Below are positions 23,352-32,214 of a stretch of 32,214 nucleotides of DNA, piece by piece. Position numbers and translations under genes: made by a program. The stretch covers positions 1 to 32,214 of IMG/VR virus record IMGVR_UViG_3300032327_000225; one strand, written 5' to 3'. The DNA is from a virus. Taxonomy: Duplodnaviria; Caudoviricetes. The notes beneath the pieces are model-generated. The model worked only from the letters and a program-made list of their open reading frames with translations. It searched no databases and was not told the DNA's origin. Numbering within the stretch: position 1 is the stretch's first letter; each line of letters opens with the position of its first letter.

Positions 23352-24842
23352 TTATCTTACCCAGTACCAAATGACCCTTGGATCTGAAACACTTATACTA
23401 CTTGTTCTACTCGCAAGTTGTTGGAACCAAGGTGCTGGATTAAAACTATTCAGTGATATAATTGTACCCCACCATGCTCCATCGCTGTCTGTGCCCAACA
23501 TCATATTGCCGCCAGGATAGTTACCAGATGTTGCTAGATATGGCATACGGGCTTCAACTGTGTCGGCTGAGTAGGTCCAAGAGGCAGTATCGCCAGGAGC
23601 ACCTGCGTCAAATTTTACCAATTCTGTGATGTCTTTGCGATAACCTACTCCACCCAATTGCTGTGTACCCATTGCTGGTGATGTGCCTGGAGTATATGTA
23701 TCTACAAAACTGTAGTTTTCATTAGCACGCCACGCACCGCCATTGCGTCCACGATAACCCGCATCCAACATATAGTCAAATGTCTGTTGGGCATCGCTGA
23801 CATTTTTCTTGATGTAGTCTGCCCATGCCAGTATGCTGTAGTTGTTGTCGGCGCTTTGTGTGCTGGCATAGTCAACTAATGTAGCGGGCGGAGTTGTGCT
23901 GTTGCGTAATAATACTGTGCTATCGTCCCACCCATCTCGTAGGTTATTCTGTACCACCAGAGTCCAACCTCCGCCTGCTGTAGTCATGTCACAGTAGACT
24001 TGGAATGGTGTACCACTATTGATATTTGGGTTCTTGATCCAATATAATCCGTCTGCGCTGGCAGGATAGTCTTGTTTGATCTGCCAAGCACTAGCGCCAG
24101 GATCTGCGATACTCAAACCTGTAAATCCAGTACCGCCTGTACTCTCATTAATGTTTGCGCTGAGAGTTGCTAGTATTGGGCCAGTGATGCTATCCGAACG
24201 AATGGTCACACGATAGGCCTCTAATCCTTCTGCGATATTGTCGCTGATAGATGTTACTGTAAATTCGCCTGCGTTGTTGGTATAGGTAAATGTTCCACTA
24301 GTTGTGTCAAAATCACTAAGTCTGTTTTCCAAAGTCCAGTAGTAGGTGCCGTTAGTGATGTTAGTGCCACCGGCAATAAATGTTTGAGCATTTCCTTCAT
24401 TAGCTGTGTTGCCTCCGCCCCAAGCAAGTGAGTAAGTTGGTCCCGTACTAGCATCAGTGATTGACCAAGCACCACTGTCATAGTAATCAGAAGCACCTGG
24501 ACTAGATCCCAAAAGAACACCCCAAGACTCCGTACCTTCTGTGGTTGTGTCAGCAACAAATCCTATAGTAGTCGCAACAGTTTGCGCGAAGGAAGTTGTG
24601 CCTGGATCCCAGATGCCTGACAATGTGCCAGTCATGTCTGTGGCAGGATCAGCAGTAGGCTCACCTTTGCCTACTACGGTCCAGTAAACAAGATTGCCAG
24701 TCCAGTTTGACACCTGAATAGTGACATCTGTACCGTAGCCTTCTGTAGGGCTTGCTCCGTATGTGGCATAGGCTGTTGGAGTTCCTCCTCCGCCAGAGCC
24801 GCTGCTGACAACAGCACCTATTAATGTTAGCATAATGCTCAT
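23352..24842 (-). CDS. Tail-fibre-associated adhesin: Ig/Calx-beta-like repeats plus fibrinogen C-terminal-like domain
   Basis: D.TTEG.E and DNIAEGLE repeats; DGLYWI...PFQVYCDMTTAGGGWTLV. Confidence 0.8.
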   Translation of the reverse strand: MSIMLTLIGAVVSSGSGGGGTPTAYATYGASPTEGYGTDVTIQVSNWTGNLVYWTVVGKGEPTADPATDMTGTLSGIWDPGTTSFAQTVATTIGFVADTTTEGTESWGVLLGSSPGASDYYDSGAWSITDASTGPTYSLAWGGGNTANEGNAQTFIAGGTNITNGTYYWTLENRLSDFDTTSGTFTYTNNAGEFTVTSISDNIAEGLEAYRVTIRSDSITGPILATLSANINESTGGTGFTGLSIADPGASAWQIKQDYPASADGLYWIKNPNINSGTPFQVYCDMTTAGGGWTLVVQNNLRDGWDDSTVLLRNSTTPPATLVDYASTQSADNNYSILAWADYIKKNVSDAQQTFDYMLDAGYRGRNGGAWRANENYSFVDTYTPGTSPAMGTQQLGGVGYRKDITELVKFDAGAPGDTASWTYSADTVEARMPYLATSGNYPGGNMMLGTDSDGAWWGTIISLNSFNPAPWFQQLASRTSSISVSDPRVIWYWVR

Positions 24843-24851
24843 TGCGTATCC

Positions 24852-27800
24852 TTAATCGTCGTTAATAATGTCAGCACCAGCAACCATCCAAACATCACCA
24901 TGATTTTCAGCATCGTCTGAACGGGTGCCTTCTTTGATCTTGATCAGTGTAATCATCTGTCCTGAACCGCTGTCAGGGAATCTAATAGCAGGAGTTTTCA
25001 TATCCCCGCCTGATAACCATAGTTCACCCGTTCCGCCGTTGTTACTGTACTCACACTCTACACGAACATCGTTGCCGCTGATGTTGATGACGGTCACAGT
25101 ATACCCAACTGGTAGTGAGACTTTTTTCCAGTTAGGAATAACCATCGCATAGTTTTCACTTTCGACGAGAATATGACGACCACTATCTTCTGTTTTCAGT
25201 GTATAACGACCAGCACTGATCTTCACCTGTGGCACAATGGCTGTGCTGAATGTCTGCTTGCTACCATCAGCAAACTCAATGGCACCACCCTCATTGCTCA
25301 GGATTGTCTGTGGATAGAAAGTGAACTGTTCTTCTGGGTAGTTGGTGTAGTAATACTTGACATTGTCCACGGCTATAATGCCATTACTGTGAGCTGTAGG
25401 AGTAAACGTTGTGCTTGTTCGACCACTTAGTCTCCAAACTTTAATCTTGTCATCGTTAGGTTCAGCATAGGTCCATAAACCATGTAGGCCAACACCTGTA
25501 CCGTCCAATGGTAGTGTAACGATGAACGCATTGTCAGTATCATCATCCGGAGCATCAGTAAAGCCTACCAATGTAAACTGGTCACCGTGTATGCTCAGTG
25601 CTTTGTTGCCATAACCCTCATAGTTCAACTGAGTGTCACTTTCGTGTATGCCAAACAAACGTTTCCAAACAACTTCACCGTCGGTGTCTAACTTAACAAT
25701 ATGGATGGCTTGGTCGTTAATAATATCAGTGTAGTCAGTGACTTCCCAAGCAATTACAATCTCATCTGTAGCAGGATCAACTGCTACACTGATGTTGCTT
25801 TCCGGACCTTCCCATCCATCATCTGTATCAACACCAATAAACTGCTGCCATATGATGTTTAGACTGCTGTCCAACTTGGTGACTAGTATTTCGTCTGTTT
25901 CGTCTCTATTGTTGTTATACATTTGGTGTACTACAACAATGCTGTCATTGGCCATTAGAGCCACTGCTCCTCTATAAGCATCTTGTTCACCCATGTCGTC
26001 GTTAACAAACTTGCTGGCCAGTACTGTGCCTGTACTTGAATATTTGACTACCAGTGCTTGATCATAGTTTACTTCATAGCGCCCGTTACCCACAGCATAC
26101 AAATGTGTGCCAGTAGAGTTCCACGCTACGCCAGTAAACACATCGCTAGTTGGCCCACCAATGGCAATGGTCATGTCTGGTGTCCACACAAATGCTTCGC
26201 CGTCTAAATTCTGCTTGATAGCAAATGTTGCTTCAACGTCAGCAAAGTCAACACTCATATCAGTGCTGAGTAATAAGTGTGTTGATGGAACGCTGCCGCT
26301 AATGGTTATTGGATTAGCAAGAGCAGTACCGTCAACGTTGGTAACGTTAACAGTTACATTATTAGCAGGTGCTGTGCCGCCAGCAAAACTTGTTCCTGGG
26401 ATAGTGATCACATCACCCACTACATAGTTTTGTCCTACTGTATTAATTCCACCGTAGTTAAATACGCCAGTAGTTGGATCAAACTGTGCGTAAAAGGTTG
26501 CTCCATTACCAGTTTGATAGGGTGTGCTAGTTATGTTTGTGTATAGACCTTCAAGGGCACTGCCAGGGCCTGAATACGCGGCAGTTGCTCCGGTGATACC
26601 GCCGCTTCCATCAACCACTGTTATTGTGATGATAACGTCAGTGCCTTCGCCTATTCCGCCATTAAAGTCTCCACTATCAAGTATAAGTTTGTGTCCAGGT
26701 AGATAGTTTGTGCCACCAGTAGTTACAGCTAAACCAGAAATAAGATTACTGCTGTCAATAGTTACTTGAAATACTGCCCCACTACCTTGACGTGTCGCAC
26801 CAGTTAAGCCATCGTAATAGTTAACATTATCAACTCGAACTTGGTCAATGATGTCACTGCCAGTAATCCACCAGTCGCTATAGTTACTAAAAGATTCTCC
26901 TGGGAAATGTTCAGCATCAATGTCTGCTTTGGCAACCCACAACTTATCAACACCGCTTCCTGCCAACGGAGTAACACTACCGTATTCCGCATACTCGTTA
27001 AACTTTTGACCAACTACAGCTATTTTACCAGTTGAACTAACATCAGCATCATAAGCGTATACATCGCCTTCGTCTCTGAGTGTTGTTGTGTTAACCACTG
27101 TGCCTGATCCTGAATCAATCTGTAATATCACAGTTTCAGTCCACTCGCTGTCCATTGTGTCACCGTTGAATGTTGGAGTTGTAATTACCACTACAGGATT
27201 GCCAGTGACTGGATCAAAGGTCATTGAACGCACTTGACATTCTGCGTTGTCATAATAGTCCTGAACGCCGGTGTAGTTGTTGGTGCCGCTGACAGCCGTG
27301 CCGGACACAATAGTAACTGTGTCTACTGATCCCACATAATAATCACTGTTAGTTATAGTTGCTACTTCTAAAGTTAATGAATTAACATTGTTACCGCCAA
27401 GATCGTAGCCACTGATAACTATCCTATCCCCTACTTTATATCCATTGCCACCTGTGTCCACAGTGACAGTATCGTAAACGCCGTCTACTACGGAAACATT
27501 AAACCGTGCCCCAGCACCACTGTACAGTTGAGTTGCCCATACTACGGCACCTTCTGGAGTGAATTTGTAAATGTGTGCGTTGCTATTGTTCCAATAGTTA
27601 CTGCCCACAGCATAGGCAAATCCGTCACGATCGTGACATACACTTTCAAACCAAATGTCGTCGTTATAGTTAGGGAATACACCATACATAGTAGCATAAC
27701 CCAACTGACGTTGATTTAATTTGATGTTGGCATCTGCTGGTGCTGAGAATGTACCGTCTTTGCCAAATGTCCAAGTGTTGACCTTGCTGGCTGTGCGTCT

Positions 27801-29438
27801 TACGCTGACACCCACCGCCTGTGTGACGATGTTTCCAGAGCCGTCTTTGGACATGTTAATATCGTTTTGTAGTACTGTTGGACCGTTAACAGCTACTAGT
27901 GTATTGGTTAACTTGCCTGGAATACGGCTTGTACTCAGTGTCCAACCTTCTGCTGACCAAGCGGTAGCCGCTGTGTCAAACTGTGCTAGGAATCCTTGAT
28001 TGAAGTAATCACTATTGCCCCACGGTGTGTCCAAGTCAGGACCACTTTGTCCAAGTCTAACAGCACCGCCAATAAGAATCTTATTGCCTTGAACACTCAT
28101 TAAGTCTGTCATCATACCACCCCAAGGAGCATCGTTACCTTCTCCTGGAACTTCTTGTGCGTTGGGATTGTCAAAATAACTTTGCCAAATCACAGCACCT
28201 GTGGCCTTGTTGTATCGGGCCAGAGCCAATGTGGCATTCCAATATCCGCTTTGTGCGTTGTCTACCTCGCCTGCTAGTCTGTATTGATAAGTGCTGGCAT
28301 ACAAGTATAAGTCGCCATCGTCACCTACCGCTGTGCTAACACCTACCCAAAAGCATTCGCCGGGTCCAACTCTACGATCCCATACCATAGCACCCTGTGC
28401 GGTCATCTTGAATACCACAATGGCATTGCTTCTGCGACCGTTAAACTGCTGTGAGGTAGGAGAGTCAACCCAATAACTACCAGTGGCATAGATGTTGCCC
28501 AGACTGTCAAGACTGATGCCTGATACTTGACCTTCATTGACTTCATCTAGCGATACAGTTTTCTGCCAAGCTGATCCGCCTGCTGAAGTGATCTTGGCCA
28601 CTAACATTACCTTATCTGTAACTGTATTTTCGCTGATTGTGTGTACAACTTCAGCAGAGCCAGCTATCACAATGTCATCATTAAAATCCACTGCTAGAGC
28701 ACGGATGTGTGAGTAGCCGCTGTCAACCATTAGTGATCGTTGCCAGATAATTGTATCAGCAGAGGAGTTTAGTTTGGCCACAAATGCTATATCTTCGTCA
28801 CTGACCTGGTAGTAAAAATCACCACCAATGATGATGTTGTTTTCGCTGTCCATAGCAATGGCAGTGACATTGAAATTTTGATTAAGCACCAAGTCTTCAC
28901 TGAATATAACAGCACCTGTGACACCGTTGATTTTAACAATAATCTGAGTGTTGCTGTCATCTGGATTCACCGCAAATAAGATGTTGTCATCACTGTCAAT
29001 GGCCACATTGCTTTCTGGATAGTAACTGCCGTTGACAGCACCCAGTGACTTCTTCCAAATCAATTCACCTGCTGGAGTAAACTTGAATACTGCTATTCCG
29101 TCACTGTTAAGGTTAATTCTAGCAACAACAATAGCATTGCCTTCGCTGTCATAGTTGGTGCTGTAGACTGTTACACCGTCCCACTGTGGATTATTTGTTT
29201 CGTCTTCTCTGCGTAATCTAACAAACCAACGATCAGCATCGCCAGTTTCTACTTGAATACTGCTAGTTGATGTTAGTGATCCGCCGTTAGAATAGTCTAG
29301 TAGATTCCACGGAGTAGAACCGTCACCAAGTTTTAGTAGGCCAGTGTCATACTCAAATCCTGGTTCACCTTGTGCCAGTGTAGGATTTGATAATGTCCAG
29401 GCCGCAGCCGTGTCGCGTCTAAATTTAATTTTTGCCAT
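24852..29438 (-). CDS. 1528-aa tail fibre/receptor-binding protein: Mtd_N-like N-terminus, beta-propellers, GG.NY..GD repeats
   Basis: KIKFRRDTAAAWTLSNPTLAQGEPGFEYDTGLLKLGDGSTPWNLLDY; repeated v.K....G...W and iAvDs.dNi propeller blades. Confidence 0.85.
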   Translation of the reverse strand: MAKIKFRRDTAAAWTLSNPTLAQGEPGFEYDTGLLKLGDGSTPWNLLDYSNGGSLTSTSSIQVETGDADRWFVRLRREDETNNPQWDGVTVYSTNYDSEGNAIVVARINLNSDGIAVFKFTPAGELIWKKSLGAVNGSYYPESNVAIDSDDNILFAVNPDDSNTQIIVKINGVTGAVIFSEDLVLNQNFNVTAIAMDSENNIIIGGDFYYQVSDEDIAFVAKLNSSADTIIWQRSLMVDSGYSHIRALAVDFNDDIVIAGSAEVVHTISENTVTDKVMLVAKITSAGGSAWQKTVSLDEVNEGQVSGISLDSLGNIYATGSYWVDSPTSQQFNGRRSNAIVVFKMTAQGAMVWDRRVGPGECFWVGVSTAVGDDGDLYLYASTYQYRLAGEVDNAQSGYWNATLALARYNKATGAVIWQSYFDNPNAQEVPGEGNDAPWGGMMTDLMSVQGNKILIGGAVRLGQSGPDLDTPWGNSDYFNQGFLAQFDTAATAWSAEGWTLSTSRIPGKLTNTLVAVNGPTVLQNDINMSKDGSGNIVTQAVGVSVRRTASKVNTWTFGKDGTFSAPADANIKLNQRQLGYATMYGVFPNYNDDIWFESVCHDRDGFAYAVGSNYWNNSNAHIYKFTPEGAVVWATQLYSGAGARFNVSVVDGVYDTVTVDTGGNGYKVGDRIVISGYDLGGNNVNSLTLEVATITNSDYYVGSVDTVTIVSGTAVSGTNNYTGVQDYYDNAECQVRSMTFDPVTGNPVVVITTPTFNGDTMDSEWTETVILQIDSGSGTVVNTTTLRDEGDVYAYDADVSSTGKIAVVGQKFNEYAEYGSVTPLAGSGVDKLWVAKADIDAEHFPGESFSNYSDWWITGSDIIDQVRVDNVNYYDGLTGATRQGSGAVFQVTIDSSNLISGLAVTTGGTNYLPGHKLILDSGDFNGGIGEGTDVIITITVVDGSGGITGATAAYSGPGSALEGLYTNITSTPYQTGNGATFYAQFDPTTGVFNYGGINTVGQNYVVGDVITIPGTSFAGGTAPANNVTVNVTNVDGTALANPITISGSVPSTHLLLSTDMSVDFADVEATFAIKQNLDGEAFVWTPDMTIAIGGPTSDVFTGVAWNSTGTHLYAVGNGRYEVNYDQALVVKYSSTGTVLASKFVNDDMGEQDAYRGAVALMANDSIVVVHQMYNNNRDETDEILVTKLDSSLNIIWQQFIGVDTDDGWEGPESNISVAVDPATDEIVIAWEVTDYTDIINDQAIHIVKLDTDGEVVWKRLFGIHESDTQLNYEGYGNKALSIHGDQFTLVGFTDAPDDDTDNAFIVTLPLDGTGVGLHGLWTYAEPNDDKIKVWRLSGRTSTTFTPTAHSNGIIAVDNVKYYYTNYPEEQFTFYPQTILSNEGGAIEFADGSKQTFSTAIVPQVKISAGRYTLKTEDSGRHILVESENYAMVIPNWKKVSLPVGYTVTVINISGNDVRVECEYSNNGGTGELWLSGGDMKTPAIRFPDSGSGQMITLIKIKEGTRSDDAENHGDVWMVAGADIINDD

Positions 29439-29441
29439 TTG

Positions 29442-32214
29442 TTATACTCCGTTTCCGTCTATTAGTAGTTCACCAGCCGCTGGTGTGTTGGCGTTGCCGC
29501 CGTCTATTTCAAAATTCTGTAGTGCCGCCACCTTGGCCGCGAGTTCATCAAGTGCTGCCTGTATGGTATTTACTGCGGGATTGTTCCAGTTGTCTGTATC
29601 ATCCGGAGTGTAGGAAATTGTTCCATTTGTAGGTAATGTTAGCACACCATCATTACCAAACTTCCATTGATGATTATCTGTGCTGTATTTTGTAGCAATA
29701 GTAGCACCATCGTTGTCAACCCATACCCACGAATCTTCATCAGACCCCTGTGGGCCTGCTGTGATACCAGCATAGTTGCCTGCTACGGTTTTTAATGTAG
29801 CACCGTTGATAATGCTTTGATCTGGCAATACAACAACACCGCCATCGGTAATTTCTAATGTGTATTGATTGTTAAGTCCCGGATTAGGATTTTTATTGTA
29901 CAGCTTGCTAGTGGTGATCTTTCCAGCATCTAATGTGTTGACAAAGCCAATACCAAAGTCGGTGATAGATAATCCACCGCCGCTTCCACCACCTAATACA
30001 CTTGTACCGTTGCTATCAACGATATCACCACCTGCTGGCAATTTTAGTTTACCATCTTTGCCAAAGGCCCAGTCTACGTTGGTGTCGCTAGATAACTTTA
30101 AATATCCGGGAACATTGTAAGGGTCAACATAATCAGAAGAAAACAAATCAAAATTAGATGAAATGTTAGGAGTGTTTAGACCCCAACCTTGTGATCTCCA
30201 AGTACTGCCCGGAGCAGGAGTATCTACTGCTACAAACAGTCCAGGAAGTGTTACTCCTAGTGCTGCACCTGATGCAAATCTAAAACTATAAAAACTAGGA
30301 TTAGCACTAATGAGTGCTCCAATTGCCGGGTCTTCCAGTTGCAGTTCTATACCTCCAGTATTTGGATCATATACAGAACCAGTAATTTCTAGTCTTAGTC
30401 CGGTGGATACTACCACATCGGCTGGATTGGTAATAGTAGCCGCGTTAGGCAATATTATACCACCTTCGCCGCCAGTTCCGGCTATTGTCAAAAAGCCTGT
30501 AGCAGGGTTAATTCCTACTTTAGATGTGTTATTCCAAGTGCCATCATAAAATACTAGATTAGCAACACCGCTCACATTATCGCCGTTAGCTGGAACTAAT
30601 ACTCCGGGGTAGGCTGTAGTCTGTACAGTGTTGTCTGGGAATGACAACGAACCATCTTGACCAAAGACCCACTGTTTGTAAGTGGCGCCATCGGATATAT
30701 CTGAACCTGATATAATATAATTCTGTTGCCCTAGTAAAAATACACTACCTGTTGTGGCGCTGTTGGCAGTAAGGAATAAATTTCCATCCGTACTAGTACT
30801 GGCCAAACTTTGTCGACCATCTGCTCCAGTTACGCCTACTGATCGTAATCCAACGCCGCCTGGCAATGTCAATTCACCAGTTGAACTAAGACTTACTGTG
30901 CTAGTTCCGTTAACTAATGTACTTGTAGTGGTAAATCCGTTACTGCCGGCCGGCCCCACAGATCCCTGTGTTCCAGTATTACCAATAGGTCCTTGAATTC
31001 CCTGCGGTCCTTGTTGTAGAACAAAATTAAATATTGCACTACTTGTAGTTCCGACATTGGTTACGCTGGCAGTAGATGTGCTTACTGTAACAGTTCCAAT
31101 GGTAACTGTGGCCGCAGTGCCTGTTGTGCCTCGTGGACCGGTCGCACCGGGTTCACCCGTTAATCCTGTTTCGCCGCGATCGCCTTTTGGTCCTGTAGGT
31201 CCTAGTAAGCCCTGTGTACCTGTATTTCCCTGAATGCCTTGATCACCTTTAGGTCCAGTTGGTCCAGCAACTCCTTGAGTACCTGTACTGCCCTGTGCAC
31301 CGGTATCTCCTTTAGCGCCAGGAATACCTTGATCGCCTTTCTCGCCCTGTGTACCTTGCAGGCCACGTTCACCTTGTGGTCCAACGATTGGACCAATATT
31401 TTCCCAAAGTGTTGTTAATGTGTTCCAAAAGTAAACATCACCGTCAGTTGTATTAATCCAACCTTGTCCGGCAGATCCAGCACCTAGTGATTCAACTGTA
31501 GTAGTTGCACTGCTGCCAACTAGAACAATGCTAATACCCTGTGCACCGGTATCTCCGATAGGACCTTGTACACCCTGTGTTCCTGTGTTACCGACTGGAC
31601 CTTGAATACCAACGGTTCCTGTATTACCTTGGATACCTTGTGGTCCAATCGGACCTTGGACGCCTTGTGTTCCTGTATTACCTTGAATACCTTGATCACC
31701 TTTTGGTCCTGCTGGAATACCGCTGATAGCAATAGTAACATAGTCTTGTGATGCTAATATGGATCGGCCTTGATCAGGACCAACAACCACGGTGTTGTTT
31801 ACTGTGTTAATCGACAGTGGAATGTTGTCGATGTAGATGGTAGCAGTACCTACATACAAACTACGCCACTGATTAGTTGGACTACCTAAGTCGTACTGCT
31901 TGTCTGCATTAGGAACTAGGCTACCTGGAGTAGTTAAAGTGCCTGTTGAGCTAAACGTCCATATAGACAGATTAGATAAGACATCAATACTGTTGGTGCT
32001 CTGTATGCGGGCATTATCGCTTTCAGCGTTGGCCGCACCGGGTAAATTTAACTGTCCTGTAGTAGATAATGCTACGGTATAAGTGCCATTAACCAGTATA
32101 GATGTTGCAGTTATGTAGTTTTTATCATTGGTAAAGTAGCTGATGTTTGTTACTGTAAAACTGTCTACGTATTGATTAACTGTGCTGGATGTTAGATAAC
32201 CTTGTGACGTTACA
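29442..32214 (-). CDS. Collagen-like tail fibre protein, 5'-truncated by the window edge
   Basis: The frame stays open beyond the track's TTG at 31859 to the edge (...VPNADKQYDLGSPTNQWRSLYVG). It has Gly-X-Y runs, WxFGxDGxLxLP repeats and C-terminal IDGG motifs. Confidence 0.85.
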   Translation of the reverse strand, partial: VTSQGYLTSSTVNQYVDSFTVTNISYFTNDKNYITATSILVNGTYTVALSTTGQLNLPGAANAESDNARIQSTNSIDVLSNLSIWTFSSTGTLTTPGSLVPNADKQYDLGSPTNQWRSLYVGTATIYIDNIPLSINTVNNTVVVGPDQGRSILASQDYVTIAISGIPAGPKGDQGIQGNTGTQGVQGPIGPQGIQGNTGTVGIQGPVGNTGTQGVQGPIGDTGAQGISIVLVGSSATTTVESLGAGSAGQGWINTTDGDVYFWNTLTTLWENIGPIVGPQGERGLQGTQGEKGDQGIPGAKGDTGAQGSTGTQGVAGPTGPKGDQGIQGNTGTQGLLGPTGPKGDRGETGLTGEPGATGPRGTTGTAATVTIGTVTVSTSTASVTNVGTTSSAIFNFVLQQGPQGIQGPIGNTGTQGSVGPAGSNGFTTTSTLVNGTSTVSLSSTGELTLPGGVGLRSVGVTGADGRQSLASTSTDGNLFLTANSATTGSVFLLGQQNYIISGSDISDGATYKQWVFGQDGSLSFPDNTVQTTAYPGVLVPANGDNVSGVANLVFYDGTWNNTSKVGINPATGFLTIAGTGGEGGIILPNAATITNPADVVVSTGLRLEITGSVYDPNTGGIELQLEDPAIGALISANPSFYSFRFASGAALGVTLPGLFVAVDTPAPGSTWRSQGWGLNTPNISSNFDLFSSDYVDPYNVPGYLKLSSDTNVDWAFGKDGKLKLPAGGDIVDSNGTSVLGGGSGGGLSITDFGIGFVNTLDAGKITTSKLYNKNPNPGLNNQYTLEITDGGVVVLPDQSIINGATLKTVAGNYAGITAGPQGSDEDSWVWVDNDGATIATKYSTDNHQWKFGNDGVLTLPTNGTISYTPDDTDNWNNPAVNTIQAALDELAAKVAALQNFEIDGGNANTPAAGELLIDGNGV
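30950..31710 (-). repeat. Collagen Gly-X-Y coding repeats (three blocks)
   Basis: Recurrent G(N/D/S)TG(T/A)QG and GPKGDQGIQG units, and an exact 20-nt repeat CCCTGTGCACCGGTATCTCC at about 31291 and about 31537. Confidence 0.85.

Noticed and set aside
24852-29438. Diversity-generating retroelement suggested by the Mtd_N-like domain
   Set aside because: No reverse transcriptase, no template/variable repeat pair with adenine-specific mismatches and no C-type-lectin tip were seen in the window. Mtd_N is a common fibre anchor.
30950-31710. CRISPR-like or non-coding repeat array
   Set aside because: The repeats are in-frame Gly-X-Y codons with synonymous variation.
31857-31859. TTG start of the 805-aa collagen protein
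   Set aside because: The frame stays open and protein-like to the window edge, so the real start lies outside the window.
158-32082. Numerous 60-135 aa + strand and alternate-frame ORFs in the track (e.g. 7132..7440, 12596..12976, 21025..21432, 17181..17441)
   Set aside because: They are shadows of well-supported genes, with no SD or motif support.
1-32214. Stop-codon reassignment (alternative genetic code)
   Set aside because: Long genes are intact in code 11, and TAG (15484, 17566) and TGA end genes at sensible positions.

Overview
This is a densely coding segment of a large tailed phage, most likely a T4-superfamily-like or jumbo myovirus. It has a T4-type late promoter TAAATA in front of most structural genes, a PAAR spike gene and three free-standing homing endonucleases. 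The standard genetic code is used, since TAG serves as a stop. Almost all genes are on the - strand. From the right end these are: tail-fibre/adhesin genes (collagen-like, Mtd_N plus beta-propeller, fibrinogen-like, ILEI-like); a fatty-acid desaturase; a signal-peptide thermonuclease; a set of probable internal head proteins with T4-CTS-like N-termini; a GIY-YIG gene; morphogenesis genes; an exonuclease; a second GIY-YIG gene; a beta-helix virion protein; and a nucleotide-metabolism block (nrdA, HNH, class II aldolase, nrdB, glutaredoxin, thyX). The single + strand island (about 15.85-17.47 kb) looks like a captured polyhydroxyalkanoate (PHA)/acetyl-CoA module. It holds two unannotated small proteins, a GNAT, a phasin-like protein and a 90-aa protein, with dual sigma70 plus late promoters and a TGC/GCA palindrome. 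The best candidates for undescribed biology are: (1) a compact, probably pseudoknotted RNA that overlaps the stop codon of a GIY-YIG gene whose 5' flank resembles a truncated copy of that RNA; (2) the PHA-type island; (3) systematic TAAATA-N5-ATG leaderless late genes; and (4) the capsid-targeted, probably protease-processed cargo proteins. Family assignments come from motif recognition by eye and no database searches were run. A proteobacterial (possibly Burkholderiales) host is an inference.
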